64,000 nucleotides of DNA from Bacillota bacterium (GTDB lineage Bacteria > Bacillota > Dehalobacteriia > UBA4068): positions 13,335 to 77,334 of the forward strand of contig JAUNBC010000007.1 of NCBI GenBank assembly GCA_030527285.1, read 5' to 3'. Shown here one piece after another: positions 9,070 to 16,796 of the stretch. The translations under genes and the position numbers were made by a program. How positions within the stretch are numbered: position 1 is the first letter of the stretch; each line of letters opens with the position of its first letter. Below the pieces are notes generated by a model. It was not told the origin of the DNA. It saw nothing but the letters and a program-made list of their open reading frames with translations, and did no database searches.

Positions 9070-11273
9070 TGCGGGCGGCTATGAGCAAGAGCAACGCCGC
9101 CGCCAGCAACGCCGGCCACGGCCTGCGCGATCGCCGCCGTCACCCCGATGACAAGGTGATCGCCTTGGCCGGAAACCCCAACGTCGGCAAAAGCACGCTG
9201 TTCAACGGCTTGACGGGACTCAATCAGCATACCGGCAACTGGCCGGGCAAGACGGTAAGCAATGCCGAGGGCTATTGCCGCGGCAATGATTATAACTACG
9301 TGCTGGTCGATATACCCGGCGCTTATTCGCTGATGGCTCATTCCGCCGAGGAGGAGGTGGCACGCGACTTTATCTGCTTCGGCCAACCAGACGCGGTGAT
9401 CGTGGTCTGCGACGCCACCTGCATGGAGCGCAATCTCAACCTGCTGCTGCAGATCATCGAGGTCACGCCGCGCGTGCTGGTCTGCGTAAACCTGCTCGAC
9501 GAGGCAAAGAAAAAGCGCATCAGCCTCGATCTGCCGCTGCTGCAGCAACGCCTGGGCGTGCCGGTGGTAGGCACGACGGCGCGGCAAAAAAGCAGCCTGC
9601 GGCGTTTACAGCAGGCCATGGAGCAGCTGACGGCGGGAGAAGCCCCATCCGCCCTGCCGTCTGCCGCGGCTGCTCCCGCGCAGTCGGGAGATAAAAGCGG
9701 CGGCGTTTATCAGGTACGCTATGACGCGGCCATCGAGGCGGCGGTGGCGCGCTTGCAGCCGCTGCTGCGGCATAAGTACGGCGGCCGGCTCAACGAGCGC
9801 TGGCTGGCGCTGCGCCTGATCGAGCAGGACGCGGCGCTGACAACGGCCATCGACGCGCATCTGGGCGGCGCGCTGCTGCGCGACGAGCAGCTGCTGAACG
9901 CGCTGGCGCGGGAGCGCGAGCTGTTGGCATTGCTGGGCATCGACGGCGACCGCTACAAGGATCTGCTGGTATCGGCGCTGGTACACAGCGCAGAGGATAT
10001 TTGCCGCGGCGTAGTCGGCTGCGCCGAGCGCCGCTATGACGAGCGCGACCGGCGGCTGGACCGGCTGCTCACCGGCCGGCGCAGCGGCTATCCGCTGATG
10101 CTGGCGCTGTTGGCCTTGATCTTTTGGCTGACCATCAGCGGCGCGAATTATCCCTCGGCGCTGCTGGCCGACGGCCTGTTCTGGCTGCAAGACCGCTTAA
10201 GCGAGCTGTTTATCCGGCTGGGCGCGCCCGACTGGCTGCATGGCGCGCTGGTGCTGGGCGTATATCGGGTGCTGGCCTGGGTGGTATCGGTGATGCTGCC
10301 GCCGATGGCGATATTCTTCCCGCTGTTCACGCTGTTGGAGGACGCGGGCTATCTGCCGCGCATCGCCTATAATCTCGATAAGCCGTTCCAACGCTGCAAC
10401 GCCTGCGGCAAACAGGCGCTGACCATGTGCATGGGCTTTGGCTGCAACGCCGCCGGAGTGATCGGCTGCCGTATCATCGACTCGCCGCGTGAGCGAATGC
10501 TGGCGATACTGACCAACAGCTTCGTCCCCTGCAATGGCCGCTTCCCCACGCTGATCGCGCTGCTTACGATGTTCTTCATCGGTACGGTGGGCGGCCCGCT
10601 GTCGTCATTATTGGCGGCGCTGCTGCTGACGGCGCTGATCGTGCTCGGCGTGGCCATGACCTTGATCATGACGCGGCTGCTGTCGCAGACTCTGCTCAAG
10701 GGGCTGCCCTCCTCGTACACGCTGGAGCTGCCGCCGTATCGCCGGCCGCAGATCGGCAGCGTGATCGTGCGCTCGCTGCTCGACCGCACGCTGTTCGTGC
10801 TGGGGCGGGCGGTATGCGTGGCCGCGCCGGCCGGACTGGTGATCTGGCTGCTGGCCAACGTCAATGCCGGCGAGCTGAGCCTGCTCCAGCATACGGCTGA
10901 TTTCCTCGACCCCGCCGCGCGGCTGCTGGGCATGGACGGCGTGATACTGCTGGCCTTCATCCTCGGCTTCCCCGCCAATGAGATCGTCGTGCCGATCATC
11001 ATTATGACCTACCTGGCGCAGGGCAGCCTGTTAGAGCTGGGCAGCTTGGAGCAAATGCGCGAACTGTTCGTCGCTCATGGCTGGACATGGAGCACAGCCG
11101 TCAGCGTAATGCTGTTTTCGCTGATGCATTGGCCCTGCTCGACCACGCTGCTGACGATCAAAAAGGAAAGCGGAAGCCTGCGCTGGACGGCGTTGGCCGC
11201 GCTTATGCCCACCGCCTGCGGCGTGCTGCTGTGTCTGGCGTTTACGGCGATAGTGCGTTTATGCGGCGGTTAG
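9069..11273 (+). CDS. feoB: Ferrous iron transporter B (GTPase plus permease)
   Basis: Start overlaps the feoA stop (TGATG); 9081 is an alternative start. G1 motif GNPNVGKSTLFN, then a long polytopic membrane domain. The track extension 8961-9068 overlaps feoA and is rejected. Confidence 0.9.
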   Translation: MRAAMSKSNAAASNAGHGLRDRRRHPDDKVIALAGNPNVGKSTLFNGLTGLNQHTGNWPGKTVSNAEGYCRGNDYNYVLVDIPGAYSLMAHSAEEEVARDFICFGQPDAVIVVCDATCMERNLNLLLQIIEVTPRVLVCVNLLDEAKKKRISLDLPLLQQRLGVPVVGTTARQKSSLRRLQQAMEQLTAGEAPSALPSAAAAPAQSGDKSGGVYQVRYDAAIEAAVARLQPLLRHKYGGRLNERWLALRLIEQDAALTTAIDAHLGGALLRDEQLLNALARERELLALLGIDGDRYKDLLVSALVHSAEDICRGVVGCAERRYDERDRRLDRLLTGRRSGYPLMLALLALIFWLTISGANYPSALLADGLFWLQDRLSELFIRLGAPDWLHGALVLGVYRVLAWVVSVMLPPMAIFFPLFTLLEDAGYLPRIAYNLDKPFQRCNACGKQALTMCMGFGCNAAGVIGCRIIDSPRERMLAILTNSFVPCNGRFPTLIALLTMFFIGTVGGPLSSLLAALLLTALIVLGVAMTLIMTRLLSQTLLKGLPSSYTLELPPYRRPQIGSVIVRSLLDRTLFVLGRAVCVAAPAGLVIWLLANVNAGELSLLQHTADFLDPAARLLGMDGVILLAFILGFPANEIVVPIIIMTYLAQGSLLELGSLEQMRELFVAHGWTWSTAVSVMLFSLMHWPCSTTLLTIKKESGSLRWTALAALMPTACGVLLCLAFTAIVRLCGG

Positions 11274-11298
11274 GCGCATTGAGCGCGAACCGCTGCGG

Positions 11299-11739
11299 TT
11301 ACAGATAACGGTAGCACGCGGACGCTAATTCTTTTTCCGTTCGTATCACCTCGCCGATCAATTCCCGCGCGTCAGCGGCGGCGGCGGCGTACTGATTGAG
11401 ATAGCGATGCAGCGATTTAACGCCCATGTCGCAGCCGTCGATCACCAAATCGGCGATGGTCTGATCGGATTTCTCCAAGCTCAGCTTGGCGTTAGTCTTG
11501 ATCCATGACATACCCCTGGCCGCCGGCGCGGGCTCCTTGCCGTCTGCGCCGTAGCGCGCCAGCATTTGCAGCAGCGTATGCTGTAATTGCCGGTGCCGCT
11601 CGCGACTGTGCAGCAAAATTTGCCTGAACTCGCTATCGCCGGCATGCTCCGCCACCTCGTCGATCGCCGCCACGCCCATGCGAATACCGGCGTCGCCCTC
11701 GCGCAATAATTTCACGGTATCCTGTTCGCTCATTGTCAT
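11299..11739 (-). CDS. Hypothetical all-helical protein (ferritin-like/DUF2383-type guess)
   Basis: 146-aa ORF with host-like GC. The helix-rich sequence has no motif I can name firmly. Confidence 0.45.
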   Translation of the reverse strand: MTMSEQDTVKLLREGDAGIRMGVAAIDEVAEHAGDSEFRQILLHSRERHRQLQHTLLQMLARYGADGKEPAPAARGMSWIKTNAKLSLEKSDQTIADLVIDGCDMGVKSLHRYLNQYAAAAADARELIGEVIRTEKELASACYRYL

Positions 11740-11881
11740 ACCCCCTTTGTTTATTCGTCCGTATTATATCCGCTGCCGCTCATAATATGTCTCAGCAGGC
11801 GCGGCGGCTAACTGTTTCACATTTGCCGCGAAATATGGTATAATAATATAGCTAATACGTATATGAGCAGCGGAGGCCAAG

Positions 11882-12235
11882 ATGAACGAAAAAGACTTCA
11901 AGGATAAACCGATCTGCGAGCTGGAGAATGAGATCGAGGCGCAAATACTGGCGCAGGTGCTGGATGAAATGGGCGTAAACTACCGGCTGGAAAGCGCCGA
12001 GGACGGCTATTTTGGCATACTGATGGGGCGCGGCGTGCAAATGATGTCCGGCTGGGGACGCATCTGGGGCTATGCCGGCGACGAAGGCATCATCAAGGCG
12101 ACGCTGGAGGAGGTGCGCCATGCGGCGCTGATCGACCATGACGCAGACGATTATGAGCCGCTATCGGACGATGACGAGGACTGGCAAGCCTCGAACGCCG
12201 GCGGCGGGGACAGCGCGGACAAGGACGAAGCATAG
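11882..12235 (+). CDS. Hypothetical acidic protein
   Basis: 117 aa. Small alpha/beta-looking N-domain and a Asp/Glu-rich tail. A TGGTATAAT promoter lies upstream. Confidence 0.45.
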   Translation: MNEKDFKDKPICELENEIEAQILAQVLDEMGVNYRLESAEDGYFGILMGRGVQMMSGWGRIWGYAGDEGIIKATLEEVRHAALIDHDADDYEPLSDDDEDWQASNAGGGDSADKDEA

Positions 12236-12272
12236 ACCGTACCTGACAGCGGCGTGCAGCGCTAAAAAAGGC

Positions 12273-12301
12273 TTGACATTTTCCGCGGAATAGGTGATAA
12301 T
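12273..12301 (+). promoter_or_regulatory. Promoter of tRNA-Val
   Basis: TTGACA (12273-12278), 17 nt, GATAAT (12296-12301), 12 nt before the tRNA 5' end. Confidence 0.55.
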
Positions 12302-12313
12302 GATTGCGGTCAT

Positions 12314-12390
12314 GGGGTTATAGCTCAGTTGGTTAGAGCGCCACGTTGACATCGTGGAGGTCATTGGTTCGAGCCCAACTAACCCCACCA
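12314..12390 (+). tRNA. tRNA-Val (anticodon GAC), CCA encoded
   Basis: Acceptor GGGGTTA/TAACCCC, anticodon stem CCACG/CGTGG with loop TTGACAT, T-loop TTCGAGC, 3' ACCA. Confidence 0.9.
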
Positions 12391-12635
12391 TAATTAAAAC
12401 CGCCCTTGGGGGCGGTTTTAATTATGACTGGATCAGGAGTGCCTGAGCTGCGGCTCTGCGAAGCAAAGGCCAGCTTCAGGCCAACTAACCCCACCAGAAC
12501 ACAAGGCCGCCTGCAAAGGCGGTCTTGTGTTTTACTATAATCAGGAGTGCCTGAGCTGCGACTCTGCGAAGCAAAGGCCAGCTTCAGGCCAACTAACCCC
12601 ACCATAATTAAAACCGCCCTTGGGGGCGGTTTTTC
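12375..12635 (+). repeat. tRNA-Val-linked units: 16-nt tRNA 3' fragment, terminator hairpin and 39-nt bulged palindrome, 2.3 copies
   Basis: CCAACTAACCCCACCA at 12375, 12481 and 12589. Cores at 12442-12480 and 12550-12588. Hairpin A at 12391-12424 and 12605-12635; hairpin B at 12497-12532. Confidence 0.9.
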
Positions 12636-12872
12636 TTTCGCCGCGGATTTGCCGCTTGCGGCAAAAAACGCTATCGGCAACCGCCTCCGGCAAAACGAGG
12701 GCGACGGCGGAACGAGTTGAAACGTCCATAAGCATATGATAAAATACAGTTGAAACAGCGCCGTCCATAAGCATTTGTTAAAAGGATTGTTTATCAGGCG
12801 TCGTATAGATATATGCTTTACCTCTCAGCGAAAAGCAAAAGTGCTATACTGTTTATATAATAAGACAGGGGT

Positions 12873-13080
12873 GGGAAGATGCATAACGCTTCTTGCTAAA
12901 TAATAAGGCATCATCGGACGCTCGGGGTGCTTAAAGCGCCTGCTTTTGTTGTGCCTATGCAAGAAGGCTGTCATCTTCCCAAACTCTACACATAGGGCTT
13001 CGTCCGGCCTGTGAGCTGGGCTTTGTTCGTTATGCGGGGTGCGGAAAGCTACTTTCTTGCAGCCCACATTTTTTAGGAGG
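12873..13080 (+). promoter_or_regulatory. Candidate leader-peptide attenuator of the ABC-F gene
   Basis: A 6-codon ORF (MHNASC, 12879-12899) lies inside a long-range helix (12873-12896 pairs with 12959-12980). A GC hairpin (13036-13065) and TTTTTT (13069-13074) directly precede the AGGAGG RBS. Confidence 0.4.
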
Positions 13081-13088
13081 ACAAACGT

Positions 13089-14579
13089 ATGTCGCTGATT
13101 AACGTAGATAATTTGACTTTTGCATATCCGGGAAGCTACGATAATATTTTTGAAAACGTCAGCTTTCAAATCGATACAAACTGGAAACTTGGGTTCATTG
13201 GCAGAAACGGCAGAGGCAAAACGACATTTTTAAACCTGCTTCTTGGAAAATATGAATACAACGGCAGTATTTCAGCCTCGGTCAATTTTGAATATTTTCC
13301 TTATATCGTGGCCGACAATACACGAAACACTATTGATATTATCGAGGGCGTCTGTGCGGGCGTCCTGCACTGGGAGCTGCTGCGCGAGCTGTCCCTGCTT
13401 GATGTTCCGGAGGATGTGTTGCCCCGCCCCTTTTTCACGCTATCCAACGGCGAGCAGACCAAGGTTTTGCTTGCCGTCCTGTTTCTGAAAGAAAATAGCT
13501 TTTTGTTAATCGACGAGCCGACAAATCATCTTGATATTACGGCGCGTTCCATCGTGAGCCGCTATCTGAAAAGCAAAAAGGGATTTATATTAGTATCGCA
13601 TGACAGAGCCTTTTTGGACGGCTGCATAGATCATGTTCTGTCCATCAATAAAGCAAATATTGAAATACAAAGAGGCAATTTTTCCTCCTGGCTGATCAAC
13701 AAGGAGCGGCAAGACAGCTTTGAGCTTGCGGAAAACGAGAGATTAAAAAAAGAGGTGAAGCGACTTCAAAAAACCGTAAGGGAAAAAGCAAATTGGGCGG
13801 ACGCGGCGGAGCGCAAAAAGGTGGGCGTCGATCCAAGCGCGACCGATAATCGCAGTATGGGCAAACGTCCCCTGCAAGGGGCTAAATCCAAAAAGCTCAT
13901 GAAAAAGGCCAAAGCCATTGAAAAACGCCGGGAAGCCGCCGTTGAGGAAAAATCCGGGCAGCTCAAAAACATTGAAAACGCCGACCGTCTGAAAATAGCG
14001 CCGCTTTCTTATTTCACGAGCCGCCTGGCGGAGCTTGCCGACGTTTCTATTTATTATGGCTCCAAAACAGCCTGCGCAGGCGTTAGCTTTACGATAGAAT
14101 ACGGCGACCGCATTGCTCTTACGGGCAAAAACGGAAGCGGGAAATCAAGCGTGCTAAAGCTTATCCGCGGCGAGGATATGATTTATACCGGCACTTTAAA
14201 AAAAGGCAGCCGCCTAATCGTTTCCTATGTTTCACAGGACACTTCATTTTTAAGCGGCAGCCTTTCAGACTACGCTTTGCAAAATGGAATTGAGGAGAGC
14301 CTTTTCAAAGCGACCCTGCGCAAGCTGGATTTTTCAAGGGTGCAATTTGAAAAGGATATGCGCGATTTTAGCGGCGGTCAAAAGAAAAAGGTGCTGCTTG
14401 CAAGAAGCCTTTGCGAAAAGGCCCATCTGTACATTTGGGACGAGCCGTTAAATTACATCGACGTGATCTCCCGTATGCAAATTGAAGATATGATCCTGCA
14501 ATTCAAGCCAACCATTTTGTTTGTCGAGCATGATAGTGCGTTTTGCGGAAAAATCGCAACGAAAGAAGTAAGATTATAG
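13089..14579 (+). CDS. Lsa-type ARE ABC-F ribosomal protection protein (two ABC domains, no TM domain)
   Basis: 496 aa. Motifs DTNWKLGFIGRNGRGKTT, WELLRELSLL, GFILVSHDRAF, FELAENE and LYIWDEPLNY, with a charged inter-domain linker. They align well with my memory of Enterococcus Lsa(A). The gene is AT-richer than the host genes. Confidence 0.8.
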   Translation: MSLINVDNLTFAYPGSYDNIFENVSFQIDTNWKLGFIGRNGRGKTTFLNLLLGKYEYNGSISASVNFEYFPYIVADNTRNTIDIIEGVCAGVLHWELLRELSLLDVPEDVLPRPFFTLSNGEQTKVLLAVLFLKENSFLLIDEPTNHLDITARSIVSRYLKSKKGFILVSHDRAFLDGCIDHVLSINKANIEIQRGNFSSWLINKERQDSFELAENERLKKEVKRLQKTVREKANWADAAERKKVGVDPSATDNRSMGKRPLQGAKSKKLMKKAKAIEKRREAAVEEKSGQLKNIENADRLKIAPLSYFTSRLAELADVSIYYGSKTACAGVSFTIEYGDRIALTGKNGSGKSSVLKLIRGEDMIYTGTLKKGSRLIVSYVSQDTSFLSGSLSDYALQNGIEESLFKATLRKLDFSRVQFEKDMRDFSGGQKKKVLLARSLCEKAHLYIWDEPLNYIDVISRMQIEDMILQFKPTILFVEHDSAFCGKIATKEVRL

Positions 14580-14694
14580 CTTCCCCATATGCGGCGCTGT
14601 ATCTGGCTTCGAGTGGGGCTCCGCCCCCTCGAGGCTCCCCCGGACGGTGCGATACCGTGGTTTAGCATCTGCATCTTTTTGTTGGCACATGACA

Positions 14695-14752
14695 TAATTA
14701 AAACCGCCCTTGGGGGCGGTTTTAATTATGACTGGATCAGAAGTGCCTGAGC
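14695..14752 (+). repeat. Half unit: hairpin A plus spacer plus the first 7 nt of the 39-nt core, no tRNA fragment
   Basis: TAATTAAAACCGCCCTTGGGGGCGGTTTTAATTATGACTGGATCAGAAGTGCCTGAGC matches 12391-12448 almost exactly, then homology stops. Confidence 0.75.
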
Positions 14753-14870
14753 CGCGGCGGCGCTTATGGGCAAGCAGACGGCTTGCCTCTGTCCTTTTGG
14801 ACTGGGGCGCATACCTTTATGTCTGAACGCCGCTATGCGACGCTGGCGCCTGCGCTACACTTCACCGCTT

Positions 14871-15656
14871 TTACACGCTCAGGCAGATGCTGCGTTGGTT
14901 TTGCTTGCGGTCGGTGATGGTTACGACCTGCATGGGGATGCCGTAGACCTGCTCCAGACTCTCGTCGGTCAGCACTTGCTGCGGCGGTCCCAGGCTCAGA
15001 GTCTGACCCTCGCGCATCAGTAGCACCTGCGAGGCGATGGCAAAGGGCTGAGCCGGGTTATGCGTCGTGACGATGACGATCTTGCCCGCGCGAGCCAGCT
15101 CGTTGATGGCGTCGTTGATCAGCTGTTGATTGGCAAAGTCCAGACTGGCCGTGGGCTCGTCCATCATCAGGATACAGGTCTTTTGGCAGAGAGCGCGGGC
15201 GATCAGCACCAGCTGGCGCTGGCCGCCGGACATCTTGAAATAGGGGAAATCCGCCAGATGCTGTATCTTTAGCTGGCACAGGCAGTCATAGGCGATCTCG
15301 ATGTCCTCGGGCTTGGGCGTTTGCATATTGCCCAGATAGGCGGAGCGGGCCATGGTCACCATCTCCAACGCCGTATAAGCGAACATGGCCTGGTCGCGCT
15401 GCGGAATATAGGCAAAATAGCGCGCCATCTGGCGGCGGCTGAGGCGATCCACATCCACGCCGCGGCAGATGATGCGGCCCGCGGTCTTGGGGAGGAAGCG
15501 CAGCAGCAGCTTGAGCAGCGTGGATTTGCCGCAGCCGTTCGGACCCAGCAGGCACAATACGTCTCCGGCGGCCAGTCCGAAGGACAGGCCGTGCACCACT
15601 TCTTTTTTACCGTAGCCGCCACGCAGGTCGCTGACCTGTAATTCCAGCTCCGCCAT
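14871..15656 (-). CDS. Iron-siderophore/cobalamin-type ABC transporter ATPase (FecE/FepC-like)
   Basis: Walker A GPNGCGKSTLLK, signature MSGGQRQ, Walker B ILMMDEPT. Confidence 0.85.
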   Translation of the reverse strand: MAELELQVSDLRGGYGKKEVVHGLSFGLAAGDVLCLLGPNGCGKSTLLKLLLRFLPKTAGRIICRGVDVDRLSRRQMARYFAYIPQRDQAMFAYTALEMVTMARSAYLGNMQTPKPEDIEIAYDCLCQLKIQHLADFPYFKMSGGQRQLVLIARALCQKTCILMMDEPTASLDFANQQLINDAINELARAGKIVIVTTHNPAQPFAIASQVLLMREGQTLSLGPPQQVLTDESLEQVYGIPMQVVTITDRKQNQRSICLSV

Positions 15657-16685
15657 TTAAGCCTTCCCCCTTCTCAAGATCAGCATCACAAAGAACGGCG
15701 CGCCGAACAGGGCTGTAAGCACGCCAATCGGTATCTCCAGCGCCATGAGCGAGCGCGCCAAGTCGTCCATGACCAGCAGGAAGCAGCCTCCCATCAGCGC
15801 CGCCACCGGCAGCATGCGCCTGTAATCGGCTCCGGCCAGACCGCGGGCGATATGCGGCACCATCAGCCCCACCCAGCCGATCAGCCCGCCCAGACAGACC
15901 GCGCCGGCTGAAATGATGGTAGCGGCCAGAATGGCGGCCAGCCGCACCTTGCGCGGATCCACGCCGATGGCCATGGCCTCCTCGTCGCCCAGAGTCAGCA
16001 GGTTGAGCCGCCAACGCAGCAGGAACAGCGCCAGCATGCCCAGAGCCATCGGCGTAAGGCTAAACAGCAGGTCCGAGGTATCGACCTTGGATAACGAGCC
16101 CATCAGCCAGTAGGTGATGGCTGGCAGCACGTCGTTGGGGTCGGCCACATACTTGATAACTGTGATAGAGGCGTTGCACAGCTCGCGCAGCATGGTACCA
16201 GCCAGCACCAGACTGACAGCCTGACCGAATTTGGCGCGCGAGCCGATCAGGTAGGTCAAAAACACGGTGACCACGCCGAAGCAAAAAGCTGCGGCCTGCA
16301 CGCCAAAGCTGCTCCAACCCAGCAGCAGAGCCAGACAGGCGCCGAGCCCCGCGCCCTGCGACACGCCGAGAATATCCGGCGAGACGAGCGGGTTCTTGAA
16401 CATGCCCTGATAGGCCGCGCCGGCCACGGCCAGACCGGCGCCGATCAAAAAGGCGGCGGCGATGCGCGGCACGCGGATATTGCGCACGATGACCGGGATA
16501 TTGGGCTCGACCGCCTCCGCTCCGTGCAGCAGATAGGCGTAGATCTGTTGCAGCGTGGCGCCGTAGAAGCCGATATTCAGGGACAGCAGCGGCAGCAGCA
16601 GGCTCAGGGCTATCAGCAGCGGCAGCAGCCAGGGTCGCCGGAGCCGGGCCACGCCCGCCGGCAGCGTTGTTTGATGCTTGCTCAT
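15657..16685 (-). CDS. FecCD/BtuC-family ABC permease
   Basis: About 340 aa from the internal Met MSKHQTTLP. Around 9-10 TM segments with Gly-rich FecCD-type motifs. The upstream 24 codons of the track ORF lack support. Confidence 0.8.
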   Translation of the reverse strand: MSKHQTTLPAGVARLRRPWLLPLLIALSLLLPLLSLNIGFYGATLQQIYAYLLHGAEAVEPNIPVIVRNIRVPRIAAAFLIGAGLAVAGAAYQGMFKNPLVSPDILGVSQGAGLGACLALLLGWSSFGVQAAAFCFGVVTVFLTYLIGSRAKFGQAVSLVLAGTMLRELCNASITVIKYVADPNDVLPAITYWLMGSLSKVDTSDLLFSLTPMALGMLALFLLRWRLNLLTLGDEEAMAIGVDPRKVRLAAILAATIISAGAVCLGGLIGWVGLMVPHIARGLAGADYRRMLPVAALMGGCFLLVMDDLARSLMALEIPIGVLTALFGAPFFVMLILRRGKA

Positions 16686-16796
16686 TTTCACTATAGTCAA
16701 AAAAGAATATTGTTTGCGGGAAATAATTCTTTCTAAGAATAATCTATTTTGCCGCATTTGTCAATCGGCACCCGGATAACTCCATTCAACGTATAG

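Noticed and set aside
12333-12680. Track ORFs translating the repeat units (12333..12680 -, 12541..12774 -, 17970..18272 -, 18050..18349 +, 2780..3007 +), which share peptide strings such as LVGLKLAFASQSRSSGTPD
   Set aside because: They read through tRNA genes, terminator hairpins and the palindromic core. The shared peptides are simply the repeated DNA. None has an RBS.
12825-13169. 114-aa minus-strand ORF across the ABC-F leader and start
   Set aside because: It is antisense to the ABC-F start and its structured leader. It has no RBS, and its composition is unlike that of its neighbours.
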